Shown here: positions 36,055-46,827 of the stretch, piece by piece | Numbering within the stretch: position 1 is the first letter of the stretch | How the letters are laid out: each line of letters opens with the position of its first letter | DNA from: an uncultured Gemmatimonadaceae bacterium | GTDB lineage: Bacteria; Gemmatimonadota; Gemmatimonadetes; Gemmatimonadales; GWC2-71-9 | Direction: 5' to 3' | Length of the DNA: 64,000 bases | Assembly: GCA_964578865.1 (NCBI GenBank) | Contig: CAZOES010000002.1 | Location: 31,243-95,242, forward strand | The notes under the pieces: model-generated | Databases searched by the model: none | Told to the model about the DNA's origin: nothing | Seen by the model: only the letters and a program-made list of their open reading frames with translations | Program-made: the position numbers and the translations under genes

Positions 36055-37047
36055 TCAGATCACCCGCAAGATCGTCTCCCGGCGCTCCGGCCGGATCCCT
36101 TTCTCCCGATACATCGCAGCATCAGCCACTCGCACCAGACTATCGGCGTCTCTGCCATCCTCGGGATACATCGCCAACCCGGCGCTGAAGCCGATCGTAA
36201 AGATCCTGCCACTCACTTCCACCGGCTGGTTAAACAGCGTACGCAGCGCAATTACCAGCGATTCGGCCACGCTCCGCTCGGGAATCCGTTCGAACAACAC
36301 CGCGAACTCATCGCCCCCCAGACGCGCCAGGGTGTCGCTTCGGCGCACCCCGGCGGCCAGCCGGTTGCCCACTTGAATCAGGACTTCATCGCCCGCGGCA
36401 TGGCCGCAGGTGTCGTTCACCGGCTTGAACCCGTCGAGATCGAGATAAAGTACCGCCAGCTTCTCACGTCTCCGACTGGCGCCGGCAATGGCGTGACTCA
36501 GCCGGTCGAAGTAGAGCGCCCGGTTGGGCAGTCCAGTCAGCGCATCATGAGTGGCTCGATGGGCTTCCCGCTTGCGGGCTCCTTCCAGTTCGGCCATCAG
36601 CCGGTGACGTTCCAGCGAGTGGCGGATGGTGCGGGCCAGTATCCAGCTGTCCACCCGGCCTTTTACCAAATAGTCCTGGGCTCCCGAGCGGAGCGCCGCC
36701 ATGGCCAGCCGTTCATCGTCATCCCCGGTGAGCACTACAATCGGCACATCGGGACTGGCGTCCCGGAGCCGAGTCAGCGGTTCCAGCCCGTTCCCATCGG
36801 GCAGATTGAGATCGAGCAGTATCACCTCGGGCCGCCCTGTCGCCAGTTGGTCGATCGCACTGGCTACGCTGGTGGCTCGAATAAGGTGATAGGGCTCCCC
36901 CGGGAGCTCTTCCAGCAGCACACTGAGGAGCAGTGCATCGTCGGGGTTGTCTTCCACCACCATGACGGCGCGGCCCAGGGAAACCGGGTGCGGCTCGCCG
37001 GGGGGACCGTCGGCGCCGCCGGGAAAATTCAGCTCGGGAGTTTGCAT
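36055..37047 (-). CDS. Response regulator diguanylate cyclase (REC-GGDEF)
   Basis: VEDNPDD, LLDLNLPD, DYLVK; HDALTGLPNR, YLDLDGFK, RRSD I-site, ARLGGDEF. Confidence 0.92.
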   Translation of the reverse strand: MQTPELNFPGGADGPPGEPHPVSLGRAVMVVEDNPDDALLLSVLLEELPGEPYHLIRATSVASAIDQLATGRPEVILLDLNLPDGNGLEPLTRLRDASPDVPIVVLTGDDDERLAMAALRSGAQDYLVKGRVDSWILARTIRHSLERHRLMAELEGARKREAHRATHDALTGLPNRALYFDRLSHAIAGASRRREKLAVLYLDLDGFKPVNDTCGHAAGDEVLIQVGNRLAAGVRRSDTLARLGGDEFAVLFERIPERSVAESLVIALRTLFNQPVEVSGRIFTIGFSAGLAMYPEDGRDADSLVRVADAAMYREKGIRPERRETILRVI

Positions 37048-37475
37048 ACCAGAGTCCAGTAGTCCTGCAGTTCACGCATGGTAGCGGCGAAGGCTTCGAA
37101 ATCGTCCGGCTTGCGGACATAGCTGGCTGCCCCTTCGGCGTAGGCCAGCCGGATATCGGTGAGGCGGTCGCTGACGGTCAGCACGATGACCGGAATGTCC
37201 CGCAACCCGGGATCCCGCTTGATGGCCCGCAGGGTCTCGATTCCTCCCAGCTTGGGCATGTTGAGATCGAGCAGGATCAGGTCGGGGCGGAGTGCCTGCT
37301 GATAGGGCGGCTCACGCCGGAGGTAGCGGAGCGCCTCGGTCCCGTCTCCCACGACATGACCGATGCGGAGCGACTCGGTGGAGTCGACCGCCTCGCGGGT
37401 GAGAACGACCGCGTCATCGCTGTCGTCCACCACCAGCAATTCAATCAACCGCCGGCCGATGCTGGCGCTGGTCAT
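37029..37475 (-). CDS. Single-domain response regulator (Rcp1-like)
   Basis: VVDDSDD, PDLILLDLNMPKLGG.E.L..IK.DP.LRDIPVIVLT, YVRKP; ATG 37475 overlaps the kinase TGA. Confidence 0.9.
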   Translation of the reverse strand: MTSASIGRRLIELLVVDDSDDAVVLTREAVDSTESLRIGHVVGDGTEALRYLRREPPYQQALRPDLILLDLNMPKLGGIETLRAIKRDPGLRDIPVIVLTVSDRLTDIRLAYAEGAASYVRKPDDFEAFAATMRELQDYWTLVCKLPS

Positions 37476-39553
37476 GCGGCCCACTCGTGGTCGGCCGCGA
37501 AGGCCACCGTAAACACCGAACCTCCTCCACCTCGGGGCTCCACCCAGGCCCGTCCTCCGTGTCGTTCGGCGATCTGGCGAACGATGGCCAGACCTGCCCC
37601 AGTACCGGGAACCTCACGTCCTACTCCTCGTTGAAAGAGTTCGAAGATCCGGTCGGACTGCTCGACCGGCACACCGGGACCCCGATCCAGCACTTGGAAC
37701 CCGATCAAGCCGTCCTGCCGCCAGGGTGCCACCAGCACTTCGGCCGGACGACCCGCGGCGGGGAACTTCAAGGCGTTGGCCACCAGGTTGTACAGCGCCT
37801 CGGTGGCCCAGACTCGCTGGACCTTGATGCTCGGCATCGTGGGTTGGACCGTTACCACCGCATGGGATTCACGGATGGTGCCCTCCAGGCGGGCCAGCAC
37901 CTCGCGCACCACTTCGTCCCCATCGACCCGGGTCACCGCCGGTTCGGCCTGCCGGGCCCGGGCCAGCAGCTGGATTTCCTCCAGCAACTGGCCCATGCGC
38001 CCGGTGGCCCGGACTACCCGCTCGAGGAAGTCATGGCTCTTTTCATCGAGCTGACGGCCGAGACGCTTGGCCAGGAGACGAGAAAAACTTTCGATTGAGC
38101 GGAGCGGCTCTTTGAGATCGTGACTGATGACGTGGAGCAGGGTCTCCAGATCACGATTGCGCTGTTCCACGATGGTCCGGTTGCGGGCCGCCTCCAGCTC
38201 CAGCCGGCGCCGGGCCGTGATGTCTCGCTTCACTCCCACCGCCCCAATCACCCGGCCGTCGGAGTCGATCACCGGGCCGTAGAGCCGTTCGTGGATCCGA
38301 ACATCGCCGTTCGCCTGGCGGGTCTCGTCGATGGTGGTGTGTCGTTCGCCGGCCAGGGCTCGGCGCCACGATTCCCTTCCCCGGGCGAGATACTCGGAAG
38401 AGTGGCGATAGGCCTGATCGTAGTGCATCCCCGGCACCACCGTGACGCCCTGATTGGCCCGGACTGATTCGACATAGGCCTGGTTCGCCACCACGAAGCG
38501 ATAGCTGTGGTCGATGGCCACGATGAGATCGGGGGCACTCTCCATGACCGCGTGGAGCCGGGCCCGGGCCGCTTCGGCTTTCACCGTCGTCGCCGTCAGC
38601 GCAGTGGTGCGCCGTGCCACTTCCGCGTTCGCCTCCTCTTCGGCCTGTTCCGCTGCTGCCAGGGCCCGGGCGCTGCGGCGTTCGGCACGGTCCAGTTGCC
38701 TGAAGGCACGCCAGCCAAACACCAGGAGGGCCCCCAGCAGCACCAGGTTCCGTAACGCGGCGGCTTCCCCGGCGCCCAACAGGCTGAATCGCTCTATCCG
38801 GGTCAACAGGAGGACCGCGACCAGCAGCCAGGGCAAATGGAGGAACACCATCCGGCGGGCGGCTGCTCCTGCACTGGTCGGAGAAGTGAACGGACTGCTC
38901 ACCGGTCCGGCCGGGGAGACCATCAGAATTGCCAGCGAGACCGAGATCAGGCCCAGCGTTGTGGCTGGTGCGATCGACTGATACAGCGGATCGATCTGGG
39001 TGAAAAAGTGGGCCTGGTAGATATGGCCCAGCAGCGCCAGCAATCCAATCGCGAAACTGCCGAGGGCCAGGCGCTGCAGCTGGGCCAGGCGACGGCGGTT
39101 CCGGCGGAGGCTGAGCAGCACCAGGGAGCAGCCACACAGCAGAAGTCCGCTGCCGCTGACAACCGACATTCGGCCGATGTACTTCGAGCCGTCTGCCGGA
39201 TGCTGGAAGAGCAGGTTGTCGATCCGGAGATCGATCCCGGTGAGGTATTCGATCAGGGTGGACCCGGATACCACCACGATGACCCCGCTGAGACTGGCGG
39301 CCAGCCAATTGGGCCGGGCCACCCGGCGGGCCAGGAGAGCCAGCGCCACGCCGGCCAGCACCTGCAGCACCCCGGTATTGAGGGTCGGGCCGACCCGCAG
39401 GATCTCGAGCCTGGTCAGCCACCCCATGATCGCGGCTGTCCCGATAGCGATTGCCGCGGCCGCCAGCCACGACGCCACCAGCCGGAGCCGGTGGGTCAGG
39501 GTTGATCGGGCCGGCGAGGGGCCGGAAGCAGGCACGGTCTGGGGCAAGATCAA
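37472..39553 (-). CDS. Multi-TM sensor histidine kinase with PAS domain
   Basis: About seven N-terminal TM segments; PAS (APDLIVAID...VVANQAY); ISHDLKEPL H-box; NLVANALKF, DRGPG, GTGAGLAIV. Start uncertain (TTG 39553 or GTG 39535). Confidence 0.9.
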   Translation of the reverse strand: MILPQTVPASGPSPARSTLTHRLRLVASWLAAAAIAIGTAAIMGWLTRLEILRVGPTLNTGVLQVLAGVALALLARRVARPNWLAASLSGVIVVVSGSTLIEYLTGIDLRIDNLLFQHPADGSKYIGRMSVVSGSGLLLCGCSLVLLSLRRNRRRLAQLQRLALGSFAIGLLALLGHIYQAHFFTQIDPLYQSIAPATTLGLISVSLAILMVSPAGPVSSPFTSPTSAGAAARRMVFLHLPWLLVAVLLLTRIERFSLLGAGEAAALRNLVLLGALLVFGWRAFRQLDRAERRSARALAAAEQAEEEANAEVARRTTALTATTVKAEAARARLHAVMESAPDLIVAIDHSYRFVVANQAYVESVRANQGVTVVPGMHYDQAYRHSSEYLARGRESWRRALAGERHTTIDETRQANGDVRIHERLYGPVIDSDGRVIGAVGVKRDITARRRLELEAARNRTIVEQRNRDLETLLHVISHDLKEPLRSIESFSRLLAKRLGRQLDEKSHDFLERVVRATGRMGQLLEEIQLLARARQAEPAVTRVDGDEVVREVLARLEGTIRESHAVVTVQPTMPSIKVQRVWATEALYNLVANALKFPAAGRPAEVLVAPWRQDGLIGFQVLDRGPGVPVEQSDRIFELFQRGVGREVPGTGAGLAIVRQIAERHGGRAWVEPRGGGGSVFTVAFAADHEWAA

Positions 39554-39653
39554 GGGACCTTTCGGGGGCCAACGTGGGTACCCGGAACGAACTTTGATTA
39601 TCGGCTGGAAGCCTCCTGGCCTTAACCTCGGGAGACCCTCGCCGGAGCCCCCC

Positions 39654-39678
39654 TAAGTCTGTTTCTGAAAACGACTTG
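39654..39678. promoter_or_regulatory. 25-bp quasi-palindrome upstream of gyrA, related to 4297-4321
   Basis: TAAGTCTGTTTCTGAAAACGACTTG (TAARTC-N13-RACTTG). Confidence 0.4.
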
Positions 39679-39694
39679 CATGTCCGTTCCGGAA

Positions 39695-39724
39695 TTGCTT
39701 CCGGGACCCGGAACGGGGTATATT
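39695..39724 (+). promoter_or_regulatory. Candidate sigma70 promoter of gyrA
   Basis: TTGCTT-N18-TATATT followed by GC-rich CCCGCG; inverted repeat CCGTTCCGG/CCGGAACGG brackets the -35. Confidence 0.45.
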
Positions 39725-39779
39725 CCCGCGTTCTCCGGCCCCCATCCGGCCGCTCCCTTTCTCTCCAGTCTGGACCCGC

Positions 39780-42258
<2,479 letters not shown>

Positions 42259-42260
<2 letters not shown>

Positions 42261-42327
42261 GTACCGGATACCGGGTACCGAGTACCGAGTTGCTCGAGAC
42301 TGATCTCGGTACTCGGTACTCGGTACT
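42259..42327. repeat. Tandem-heptamer inverted-arm element (GTACCGR / TCGGTAC)
   Basis: GTACCGG ATACCGG GTACCGA GTACCGA ... CTCGGT ACTCGGT ACTCGGT ACT; begins in the gyrA stop codon. Confidence 0.85.
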
Positions 42328-42372
42328 TTCAGTTTCCTTGCCCGTCATCTCTTTCGCCGGTACCTTCGCCTC

Positions 42373-43335
42373 GTGACCCAGCCCGTCGTGACCCAACCGC
42401 CGGTTTCCCTCGACGCGATCCGGGCCGCCCAGCGGGCCCTCGCCGGCGTGGCGGTCCGGACCCCCATGGTCGAGGTGGCCGGCCGGCCTCTCTTCCTGAA
42501 GTGTGAGCACCTGCAGCCGATCGGCGCCTTCAAGATCCGGGGCGCCTTCACCGCCATCGACCGGCTGGGCAACGAGCGGCGGGCGTCCGGCGTAGTTACT
42601 TCATCGAGCGGCAACCACGGGCAGGCCGTGGCCTGGGCCGCCAAGCGCTTCGGAATCCGGAGCGTAGTGGTGATGCCCGAGTCCGCCCCCGGTGTGAAGG
42701 TGGCCGGGGTGAAGAGCCACGGGGGCGAAGTGGTCTTCGCCGGCCGGATTCGCTCCCCCGAGCAACAGGTCCGGGCCGACCGTTTCGCCAGCGAAGAAGG
42801 GTTGATCATGATCCCGCCCTTCGATCACCCCGACGTCATCGCGGGCCAGGGAACCGCCGGACTCGAAATCCTCGATCAAGTCCCCTCGGTCACCACCATC
42901 CTGGTGCCGGTGGGCGGGGGCGGACTGCTCTCCGGGATCACCGCGGCCATCAAGGCCCTCAAGCCTTCGGTCGAGATTATTGGGGTTGAGCCTTCCGGGG
43001 CTCCCAAGCTTTCGGCGGCGCTGGAGGGTGGCAAGCCGGTGGTACTGGGCCCCACCGAGAGCGTGGCCGACGGACTGCTGACCCGCTCGATCGGGGCGCT
43101 ACCCTGGGCGGTGATCCAGCCTCACGTCCACCGGGCGATCACGGTCTCCGACCCCGAAATCGGTACTGCGGTGCGCTGGCTCTACGATCACCAGGGTCTC
43201 CGGGTCGAGCCCTCCGGGGCGGTGACCATGGCCGCGGTGCTCTCGGGCCGGATCGAGACGAAGCAGGCAACCGTGGCGGTGTTGAGCGGCGGGAACGTCG
43301 ACCCCGACGTCTTCCAGCGGCTGGTGGCCGGATGA
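42373..43335 (+). CDS. PLP-dependent threonine/serine dehydratase (no ACT domain)
   Basis: LKCEHLQPIGAFKIRG, SSGNHG, PVGGGGL, SGGN. Confidence 0.9.
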   Translation: MTQPVVTQPPVSLDAIRAAQRALAGVAVRTPMVEVAGRPLFLKCEHLQPIGAFKIRGAFTAIDRLGNERRASGVVTSSSGNHGQAVAWAAKRFGIRSVVVMPESAPGVKVAGVKSHGGEVVFAGRIRSPEQQVRADRFASEEGLIMIPPFDHPDVIAGQGTAGLEILDQVPSVTTILVPVGGGGLLSGITAAIKALKPSVEIIGVEPSGAPKLSAALEGGKPVVLGPTESVADGLLTRSIGALPWAVIQPHVHRAITVSDPEIGTAVRWLYDHQGLRVEPSGAVTMAAVLSGRIETKQATVAVLSGGNVDPDVFQRLVAG

Positions 43336-44762
43336 GTCTTGCCCCCAAAATCCTGGTGGCCGACGACGATCAGGCGCTCACCCGGACTTTGTCGTGGATC
43401 CTCAAGGAGAATGAGTACGATGTCGTCACCGTCACCAGCGGCGAGCACCTGCTCGACCGGCTGCGAGGCGACCAGTACGATCTCCTGCTGCTCGACATCA
43501 TGATGCCCGGAGCCGACGGGCTGCAGCTGCTGGAACGGGTCAAGGGAGACCCTGCGCTCCGCCACGTGCCAGTTCTGATGATTTCGTCCATGCCCCCCGA
43601 AGAGGCGACGGTACGGGCCCTGGGACTGGGCGCCGCCGATTTCATCTCTAAGCCGTTCCGGGTCCGGGAACTGCTGGCCCGGGTGAAGGCTCATCTCCGG
43701 GTGGGGCGGGAGCTGAACCAGGCCAGGGCCGAGGCCCGGACCCGCTCCGAGATGGTAGACATCCTCCAGGAAGTGACGGCTTCACTCAAGCCGGAGGAGA
43801 TCTACCACATCCTGGTGCGCCGGGTGGCCCGGGGACTCAAGATTTCGAAGTGCTCGCTGATCTTCGCCACCCCCGGTGAAGAAGAGGCGACGGTGGTTGC
43901 CTCATATGAGAATCCGATGCTCCGCAATCTGCGGATCGGTCTCAATCGGTACCCCGAAATTCGCCTTGCCCTCGACACTCGGCAGACCGTGCTGGTCACC
44001 GACGTTTCAACCGATCCGCTGTACGCCGAGGCGCGCACCGAGTGGGAAGAAGAGGGATGGCAGGTGCCGACCCGGTCGGCCATTGCCATTCCCTTTGTGA
44101 TGAAAGATCAGCGGGCCGGGGTTTTCTTTCTCCGGACCACGGCGGAGGACACCCCGCTGAATCATTCCGATGTGGCCTTTGCCGAGCAGGTGATCAAGGC
44201 CGCCTCGCAGGCGCTGGATAAGGCGTACGATCTGGAAAGCGCGGTGCTGGGCCGGGAACAGATGAAGGCGCTGGCCGAGACCGATCCGCTGACCGAGACC
44301 TACAACCGCCGGGCGTTGGCCGAGAAGCTGGTTCAGGAAATCGAGCGGGCCCATCGTTACAACACGACGTTAGCCTGCTTGATGATCGACGTGGACAACT
44401 TCAAGCACATCAATGACGCTCACGGTCACATGGTGGGCGATAGTGTGCTGAGACAATTGGGCGCGATTCTCCGGCGGGAACAGCGAACGGTGGACATCGT
44501 GGCCCGCTATGGCGGCGAAGAGTTCGTGGTGCTGCTGCCGGAGACCGCTTCGAGCGGCTCGAGAATCTTCGCCGACCGGGTGCTCAAGAAAGTCGCCACC
44601 CAGAATTTCGGCGAGGGCGACCGGGTGGTCCATGTGACGATCAGTGTCGGGATCTCCAGCTATCCCGACGAACGTGTAACTGACGGCGAATCGTTGCTCC
44701 AACTCGCCGATCAGAACCTTTACAAGGCCAAGCTGGACGGCCGGAATCGATATCGCGATTGA
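43332..44762 (+). CDS. Diguanylate cyclase REC-GAF-GGDEF
   Basis: VADDD, LLDIMMPG, FISKPF; GAF-like middle; TDPLT..YNRR, IDVDNFK.IND.HGH..GD, RTVD I-site, ARYGGEEF. Confidence 0.92.
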   Translation: MSLAPKILVADDDQALTRTLSWILKENEYDVVTVTSGEHLLDRLRGDQYDLLLLDIMMPGADGLQLLERVKGDPALRHVPVLMISSMPPEEATVRALGLGAADFISKPFRVRELLARVKAHLRVGRELNQARAEARTRSEMVDILQEVTASLKPEEIYHILVRRVARGLKISKCSLIFATPGEEEATVVASYENPMLRNLRIGLNRYPEIRLALDTRQTVLVTDVSTDPLYAEARTEWEEEGWQVPTRSAIAIPFVMKDQRAGVFFLRTTAEDTPLNHSDVAFAEQVIKAASQALDKAYDLESAVLGREQMKALAETDPLTETYNRRALAEKLVQEIERAHRYNTTLACLMIDVDNFKHINDAHGHMVGDSVLRQLGAILRREQRTVDIVARYGGEEFVVLLPETASSGSRIFADRVLKKVATQNFGEGDRVVHVTISVGISSYPDERVTDGESLLQLADQNLYKAKLDGRNRYRD

Positions 44763-45841
44763 GCAGTCGCCGTTGTCCCCGCTGTAACCGGGTCTATTCC
44801 GATCCCGCCCGGTTCTGCCCCCAGGATGGCAGCCCTCTGGTGGAGGTTGCCGGCGCTTCGCCCGCACCCGCAGCCGAAGGCGGCCAGACCAGCGCTGGCT
44901 TGCGCACCCTGGTGCGGCAGGCCGCGCTCAAGCGGGGCCCGGGACTCGACAAGGCGAGCACCCTCACCAATCAGTTGCTGGATCAGCGCTATCAGGTGGG
45001 GAAACGGCTGGGTGAAGGCGGGATGTCCTACGTCTATCTGGCCAAGGACGTCACCAACACCGAGACCGTCGCCATCAAGGTGCTCACGCCCAAGCTCAAG
45101 GAAGACAAGAGCTCGGTCGAGCGGCTCCGGCGCGAAGCCGGTCTGGCGATGCGGCTGGACCATCCCAACGTCTGCAAGATCTTCCGGCTGGGTGAGACCG
45201 AAGACGGTCTGATCTATCTGGTGATGCCCTATCTCCCCGGCGAGCTGCTCTCGGACCGGGAAGTCCGTTCCGGAGCGCTGGCGGTCGACTTCGGAGTACC
45301 GCTGCTGGTCCAGATGTGTCGGGGGCTGCAGCACGCCCACGATCTCCAGATCGTCCACCGCGATCTCAAGCCGGAAAATGTCATGCTGGTTCCCGACGAC
45401 AAGGGACCGGGTGGGGTCCGCGCGGTGATCATGGATTTCGGTCTGGCCAAAGAACGGCGCCAGGAACCGGAAGTCGCCAAGCTCACGGCCACCGGCATCG
45501 TGCTCGGCACACCCGAGTTCATGAGCCCGGAACAGATTCGCGGCAAGGCACTCGATGCCCGGAGCGATGTCTACGCCCTCGCCATCGTCGGATTCGAGAT
45601 GTTCACCGGGCAGCTGCCGTTCCAGGGCCGCAGCGCGCAGGAGATGATGATCGCCCGGCTCCGGGGTAAGCCCAAGACGCTCCGGGACGTGAAACCGGAT
45701 TTGCCCAGCCGGCTGGAACAGGTGCTGACCAAGGCGATGGCGCTGGATCCGGCCGATCGTTTCCCGACCATGACGGCGTTCGCGGAGGCGCTGGAGGGTG
45801 CCGAGGAGTCTGGGGTGTTTGCCCGGCTTTTTCGTAAGTAG
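44759..45841 (+). CDS. Soluble Hanks-type Ser/Thr protein kinase with N-terminal zinc ribbon
   Basis: TTG start overlapping the upstream TGA; CPRC...FCPQDG; LGEGGMS.VY, VAIK, HRDLKPEN, DFG, GTPEFMSPE. Confidence 0.92.
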   Translation: MSSRRCPRCNRVYSDPARFCPQDGSPLVEVAGASPAPAAEGGQTSAGLRTLVRQAALKRGPGLDKASTLTNQLLDQRYQVGKRLGEGGMSYVYLAKDVTNTETVAIKVLTPKLKEDKSSVERLRREAGLAMRLDHPNVCKIFRLGETEDGLIYLVMPYLPGELLSDREVRSGALAVDFGVPLLVQMCRGLQHAHDLQIVHRDLKPENVMLVPDDKGPGGVRAVIMDFGLAKERRQEPEVAKLTATGIVLGTPEFMSPEQIRGKALDARSDVYALAIVGFEMFTGQLPFQGRSAQEMMIARLRGKPKTLRDVKPDLPSRLEQVLTKAMALDPADRFPTMTAFAEALEGAEESGVFARLFRK

Positions 45842-45863
45842 TTCGCGATCGCCGGATCTGTTG

Positions 45864-45961
45864 CAGGATTTCAGGATAAAGGGGATTTGAAGGATTAGTG
45901 TTGTTGTTTTTCAACCTCGCAACAATCCTTTCAATCGTTTCTCCAATCCTGTAATCCTGTT
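45864..45961. repeat. Degenerate AT-rich inverted-arm element (AGGATT / AATCCT units)
   Basis: CAGGATTT CAGGATAA AGGGGATTT GAAGGATT ... AATCCTTTC AATCGTTTC ... AATCCTGT AATCCTGTT. Confidence 0.7.
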
Positions 45962-46014
45962 CCCCAACTCTGCCTTCGATTCGAAGAACGGATTCTGCAC
46001 AACTGGAGGGGTGG

Positions 46015-46821
46015 ATGAAAAGAGGATCGATCTCTACGCTGATGGTCGCGTTGACCGGCCTGGTGGCTGGGGTTGCCGCGACCTTGTTGTTTAACTCCAA
46101 CGAGAGAATGGAGATTTACGAGCGGGGGCAGGCGACCACTCACGGTGAGTGGGTCAAGATCGCCAACCCTTCGGGCGACTCGATCCGGATGTACGTCGCC
46201 TACCCCGAGCGGAAAGACAAGGCGCCGGCCGTGATCGTGATCCACGAGATCTTCGGTCTTACCGACTGGGAACCCAGTGTGGCCGACCGGCTGGCTGCGG
46301 CAGGCTACGTGGCGGTGTTGCCGGACCTGCTGTCTTCCCGTTTTGGAACTACTCCCGCGAGCCCTGACTCGGGACGCAAACTCACTGCGATGCTGGTGCC
46401 TGCCGCAGTGACCGCCGATCTCGATGCCGCCTACGCTTACGTCAACAGCCTGCCTTCGGTGAAGAAGGACGATATCGGGACGATCGGCTTCTGCTGGGGT
46501 GGGGGCCAGAGTTTCCGCTACGCGACCACCAATCCCAGGCTCAAAGCGGCTGTGGTCTGCTACGGTCCGCCGCCGGACAGCACCGCGTTCCCCAACATCA
46601 AAGCCAAAGTTCTGGGCGTCTACGGAGAAGACGACGCCCGCATCAATGCCTCAACTCCCGAGGTCGAGCGGCAGCTCAAGGCGCTCAAGGTGAACTACAA
46701 GTACGACATCTATCCCGGCACCGGGCATGGATTCCTGAAGCCGGGCCGGAAGGGATCCGACACGCCGGCGGTAGAGCAGGCGTGGGGCCGGATTCTCGGG
46801 TTTTACAAGGAGAATCTTTAA
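46015..46821 (+). CDS. Dienelactone hydrolase family protein with N-terminal signal/anchor
   Basis: VIHEIFGL, GFCWGG, YGEDDARI, GHGF. Confidence 0.9.
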   Translation: MKRGSISTLMVALTGLVAGVAATLLFNSNERMEIYERGQATTHGEWVKIANPSGDSIRMYVAYPERKDKAPAVIVIHEIFGLTDWEPSVADRLAAAGYVAVLPDLLSSRFGTTPASPDSGRKLTAMLVPAAVTADLDAAYAYVNSLPSVKKDDIGTIGFCWGGGQSFRYATTNPRLKAAVVCYGPPPDSTAFPNIKAKVLGVYGEDDARINASTPEVERQLKALKVNYKYDIYPGTGHGFLKPGRKGSDTPAVEQAWGRILGFYKENL

Positions 46822-46827
46822 TGGCCA

